From: Octopus sinensis
Taxonomy: Eukaryota
Assembly (NCBI RefSeq): GCF_006345805.1
Contig: NC_043012.1
Location: 21,700,001-21,764,000, forward strand
Direction: 5' to 3'
DNA length: 64,000 nt
Below are positions 59,590-64,000 of this stretch, in pieces. Both the position numbers and the translations under genes were made by a program. The notes under the pieces were generated by a model that did no database searches, was not told where the DNA came from, and worked only from the letters and a program-made list of their open reading frames with translations. Position 1 is the first letter of the stretch, and each line of letters opens with the position of its first letter.

Positions 59590-61255
59590 CTGCAAAAGAG
59601 GGCGGGAGAAGACGGGAGTATTATACTTTAAGTAAATGAATTAAACGTTTGAAAATAGAGTAAAAATAAGGCACATACAATTGGGTGGTAATGGCGCTGA
59701 AAATCGAGTCCTAAATTAACTGAAAATAATTAACTGATACTTTGTATTTGATAAACTGGTTTGAACTAATTAATGTAACTGAAAGTACAAAGTTTCCGAT
59801 TCACGCATGAGTGGAGAAAGTGAAAGAATTATGTTCCTCTTCGATGGTACAATAATTATAAACAAGAATTAAAAAATATATATTTTTGGAAGTGGTGGTG
59901 GTAGAATCAACGTTTACTTTCAGCCATGTATCCGCGTTTTATTTACTGATTCACACACATTCACACGGTCCTCTCCGCTAACATTCCTCTAGCTTTGGAT
60001 AACCAGTTCCACTGACATGTGCCCGACATGTGTAGTATCTGATAGGGAGATACGAAATAGTGATTTAGCCACAATGATATTACATAGTGTTACAACAGAA
60101 CGTGCATATAATTTTTTTTTTATACTCTTACAATTAAAAAAAAAAAAAATTAACAGATTCTTTTTAAATACACACACACACATATATATTATTATTATTT
60201 TTTTAAATTTATGGCTCCTTTCATCATTATTGCCTTTGATTGTGAATTGGTGGTATGTAATTTTTGTTGTTGGTCCATTAAGCAGTTTGTGACTTGTGGT
60301 TAACTGTTGTTTCGTAAACGGTTGGTAGTGGTGGTTGCGCTGATATTATCATATCTGGCGCATGTTCTATATATGTGCTTGGCGACTTCCTTTTTAATTC
60401 TATCTGCCATGATAGCCTCAACCCCCCTCCAAAAACATTTTTTTAACCCCCAAAATAACTATTGAAACTATAGCAGTATTTTGGTAAATATATACCCATT
60501 TATTTTATTTGTTGTCGTTTTTCTCTTCCAGTATCTTGATGCGAACGTTTGTTTGTGTGTGGGGAGAGAGGTATTGACTAATTTAGGCTTCTTGTTGCGA
60601 ATGGTTTGTTGTTCTTAATTTACATATTGATATGTAGATAAATGTGTGCATCGACACATACGCTGAAGGTGTGTGCATGTAGTGAACAAGACGGGGAAAA
60701 CGTTAGACACAAAACATATTGCATTCACGTGAATGTGTATTTTTAGTTATACATGTTCTGTAAATGTAAATCTGCTTAGATGTATGTGAATCACGAATAC
60801 ATTTGTGATATATATATGTGTGTCTGTATTTCGTATATGTATATCATAAAGAACCTTCGTTCTAGGTGTGAATGAACTGAAAGTTTGCCATGTGGATGTT
60901 TGACTACTAGCAGTAGTATAACAATAATTGTGTTAATATTGTGGGCGTATAGTAGATAGCCCTTGTTTTTAATTGCTTCAATGTCCTTTTGCTGGTTTTT
61001 TTTTACAAATCGAAGTTAATTAAATCAATACTGCCGTGTTTTCGAGGAGTGGTACGAAAACGTGATTATACACACACACACACATATATATATTTTAAAT
61101 GTGTGTATACATAATCTCTAGAGTCCAAACGAAATTCAACTCATTAATTATAAGATAAAAAGGAAACTAACAAAAGGACGAATTCATTTCGACATTCTTT
61201 CTCTCTTTCTCTAGTAAACTTGGCTGTTGTGTATGTGTATATGTATACACACATA

Positions 61256-61316
<61 letters not shown>

Positions 61317-63576
61317 CAACTACTATGCATTTCAACTGCTGCTCTTGTAGTTTTTATTGTTTGTATTGCTCATGTCATCGTTGCTTTTAGCATTGCTTTT
61401 GATGTTTTAATTATTCCTTATATATGCTTCTATCGCCCAAGTTATGTTATATACTATTAGTTCGTTAATTATTATCATGTCATCACTTTGTTGTAGCTTC
61501 TGAATGATGAAATCTGAAAGTGTTTATAAACGATATACCATTTACGTCATTGATCAAAGTCCTTTCCAGAGAATGGCATGAATGTCAAAACCCTCCCATT
61601 TCCCTTGTAATGTGGTTTCACGCTTCTTCCCAAGTCTATTACGAAATTGTCTTATTTTTCAAAATGTGTTTTAATATATATACGTTTAATAAATAAATAA
61701 ATAAATAAATATAAATATATATATATATCTATCAATAGTAAGTAGGATCGTCATCACCAGAAGAATGTGGCGTGAAACATTGCATCTCTCGCGCAAATAC
61801 ACACAGACACACACACACACACACACATTCTCTTTCTCTCTCTGCCATTGTTGTAGTAGTAATTTTTACTGACTATTTAACTGTCTATTTATCTATTTTA
61901 CTCGCCAATATCTCTCCTCTCCTCTCTTCTCTCGCTGCATCGTTAGCCTTTCTAGCTCAGCTCACTTCACTTCGTTTCACTAGCTCTCACTCAGTCACTG
62001 ACTGACTGGTTTGGTTTGTGTAGTAAACGTTTCATCTCGCAACCATCAAGATTACAAGAAACAACATTGCCTGCTGTTCACTTCTTTGTCGCCACTTTTA
62101 TTTCTCTGTTCTTCTCTACTCTCTCTCTCTCATTCTCAGTATAGTATTTATTGTTTCCCCCCCATTCCTCCACCTTTATTCATGTTTCTTCTCTACTCTC
62201 ACTGTTTAAAGGCAGTTTTTTATTATTTTTTTTTTAAATAATGTGATCGATTCTTTAAACAAAAAAAGAAAGAAAGAAAGAATAAAAGAACCTGGTATCA
62301 GTTGCTACTGAATCCTATCTATACATTATTATTGTGACCAATAAAAGAAATTATTTAATAAGTCTATTGCTAGGTCATTGTTGATTTCTCGGATGGAGCC
62401 ATTTCGTTTCTTTTTCATTCAAGCCACTTAATGTTCGCTTTTGAAAAAGGCTTGAACATCATCAATTCTCCTCTTCTCTCTCTCTCTCTCTCTCTCTCTA
62501 TTCCCCTCTCGTTACCTTTCAAATCACTGACTTCGCCATGTCTATGTGAGAAACCATTGTATACAAGTACAATGAAAGTTGATTAGTGATAATAATTATT
62601 TCTGATATGGTGTTCAAGGCCATACATTTGGTGTTTGGATACAGCCGATTTTAATTGACCCCCCAGTATTTCATTTTAACCACCCTAGCAGAATTTGAAC
62701 TTAGAATGTAGAGAAATGTAACTCAACACCGTAAACCTTATTTTTTTTTTCAGGCGCTTTACTGATTCTACCTATCCCTCATTGCCCTTTTATATAAATG
62801 ATGATGATACTACTACTACTACTTCTATAAATAATAATGAGAATAATTTTATATCTTGAGGATATGTGATTTAAAGTGTGAAGCACTAAAGCTATGCAGG
62901 AAGGAAAGTGATCTGTACGTAAGAGAACTTGTCTTCTCTGACCAAACTGCATTCTGCGACTGACTGACTTGAGTGACCATTAGTAGTTGGATCTGCTTCT
63001 TTGAGAATATTCTTACTCTACTCATGCTCACACTGCTTGCAACTGTTTAAAGAATAGCTTGTGAGAATAATTCATATAGCCATCTCTTTGTGTATTCGTA
63101 TATAATTTGTCAATTCATCTAACCGTCTATTCATTTTGTCTTCTTATATAATTGTCTATTTTTTGTCTGTCTGTCTCTTTCACTATGTGTGTGGTGTGTA
63201 TATATATTTATATATAAATATATATATAGTTGCATTTATCTATTTCAATTCGTCTGCTTCTCTAAAGATCTATCGATTTATTTATACGTTTATCAGTCGA
63301 AATACCCTTTTTTTTTCGTTTTTACTCAATTTCGTTCTAAAACTTAAACACCTTCACATTGTAACGTTCACTTAGAAATCGCTGCCCTTCTTCCGCCCCA
63401 GTTTCCACTGATTAACACACCCTATAATGAGACACCGACTTCATCTTACCCCAGTTCTATTTCGTGTATTGCTGAGTAAAACTGTGTATTTGTAGAAATA
63501 CCGTATATAAGTTGCTTTTCATTCCACATGTGTATATATGCATATTTATGTGTGTGTTTGTATATATATATATATA

Positions 63577-63705
63577 CTTAGCGGTTCGGCAAAAGAGACC
63601 GATAGAATAAGTACTGGGCTTACAAGTCGATTTGCTCGACTAAAGGCGGTGCTCCAGCATGGCCGCAGTCAAATGACTGAAACAAGTAAAAGATAAAAGA
63701 TAAAG
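63577..63705 (+). mobile_element. SINE family A, 3' part
   Basis: cttagcggttcggcaaaagagaccgatag...gaaacaagtaaaagataaaagat. Confidence 0.88.
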
Positions 63706-63818
63706 ATATATATATATAATTAAAAATGAGGGTGTCTGAGAGACACCTTTGTACGGTATTTTTTCCCATGCTGGCCACTTGATAATATCGATATTTAAAT
63801 ATCGATATAATCCTCATT

Positions 63819-63855
<37 letters not shown>

Positions 63856-64000
63856 TATAGTCCTTATGTAATGTTGGACTACCATTGAAGCTTACTATGG
63901 ATCAGATGTTTGGGTATGACTTACAAAGCTAGTAAAATAGCATAACAAATGGCACAAGCTTGACTTCCTAAGCGGTACTACTTTTATGCTCACAGATACA

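Overview
AT-rich, repeat-dominated animal genomic DNA. It is most likely Octopus, inferred from the tRNA-head SINE families, the RTE/CR1/mariner/Penelope landscape and the kb-scale (TA)n/(TATG)n arrays. No complete cellular gene, rRNA, genuine tRNA or CRISPR array could be recognised. Nearly all ORFs in the supplied track are microsatellite or SINE read-throughs, or decayed transposon coding sequence. The window contains at least four SINE families, fragments of RTE, CR1/L2-group and Penelope retroelements, a Gypsy RT-RNaseH relic, two mellifera-type mariners, non-autonomous Helitrons and several TIR/foldback elements. Host-gene signals are only candidates: a CpG-rich promoter-like block at 11.7-13.8 kb, and minus-strand exons with strong splice sites at 29119-29350, 30744-30827 and 59555-59589 whose gene I could not identify. 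Best leads: (1) the promoter motif cluster (two GTCACGTG E-boxes, CRE, TTACGTAA D-box); (2) a perfect 147-bp palindrome at a Penelope 3' end carrying a hammerhead-like motif; (3) a 938-bp TG..CA solo-LTR candidate splitting an RTE; (4) a shared 3' tail between the dominant CORE-type SINE and the CR1/L2-group LINE; (5) a long-TIR MITE with a 16-bp flanking direct repeat; (6) an exon open in two frames. Coordinates were read by eye; edges of degenerate elements are approximate.
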